A stretch of DNA of 64,000 bases from a phage. The DNA lies in sequence record PX670417.1; one strand, written 5' to 3'. Under the pieces are notes generated by a model, which had not been told where the DNA came from, did no database searches, and was given only the letters and a program-made list of their open reading frames with translations. The translations under genes and the position numbers were made by a program. Of this stretch, positions 63,838-64,000 are shown piece after piece; within the stretch, counting starts at the first letter, position 1, and each line of letters begins with the position of its first letter.

Positions 63838-64000
63838 ATTCATCTCGCTCGATAATAAATACGCCATTAACACGGTTGCAGTAATCTCTGCCTTCGTATC
63901 TGGCAGCATCACCATATTCTGTGTATTTCTTGACAGAGCAAGGATTCTGACGACGCATGTCAATATCACACTGGTTAATACCACCTGCATAGGGTAGTCC
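63838..64000 (-). CDS. 3' end of a gene that continues beyond the window (partial)
   Basis: Open frame on the minus strand to the window edge; its stop overlaps the next start as TAATG. Confidence 0.3.

Overview
The window reads as a contiguous segment of a virulent, AT-rich, contractile-tailed dsDNA phage genome; no rRNA, tRNA, CRISPR array or integrase was found. The NAMPT + PRPP-synthetase pair, dual aerobic/anaerobic RNR, thymidylate synthase + DHFR, rIIA/rIIB and a Mu/P2-like tail module resemble Felix-O1-type myoviruses as I recall them; this is recollection, not a computed match. Layout: (i) 1-980, a repeat-dense noncoding region; (ii) 983-7385, a leftward early operon with one sigma70-like promoter, about 15 small ORFs separated by conserved stem-loop + RBS cassettes, and an intrinsic terminator; (iii) 7.8-36.8 kb, leftward genes including a TARG1/DarG-like macro-domain protein, a lysis-like cluster, rIIA/rIIB, NAMPT-like + PRPP-synthetase-like genes, NrdG/NrdD/glutaredoxin/NrdB/NrdA, a GIY-YIG endonuclease, 5'-3' exonuclease, SSB-like protein, primase-helicase and dNMP kinase; (iv) 37.1-47.6 kb, rightward genes for family A DNA polymerase, DNA ligase, DHFR and thymidylate synthase, plus a two-gene module flanked by paralogous GT-rich structured regions; (v) 47.7-64.0 kb, leftward tail genes (fibers, baseplate, tape measure, chaperones, tube, sheath, neck). 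Most worth a second look: the NAD+/ADP-ribose counter-defence candidates (NAMPT-like + Prs-like pair with no NMNAT in the window, and the macro-domain protein); the GT-rich regions, whose hairpins show compensatory base changes between copies; the cassette-built early operon; and a tail-fiber gene interrupted at a G6 tract with a conserved His-rich C-terminal module in the +1 frame. All functional calls rest on motifs read by eye from the ORF translations; no database search was run.
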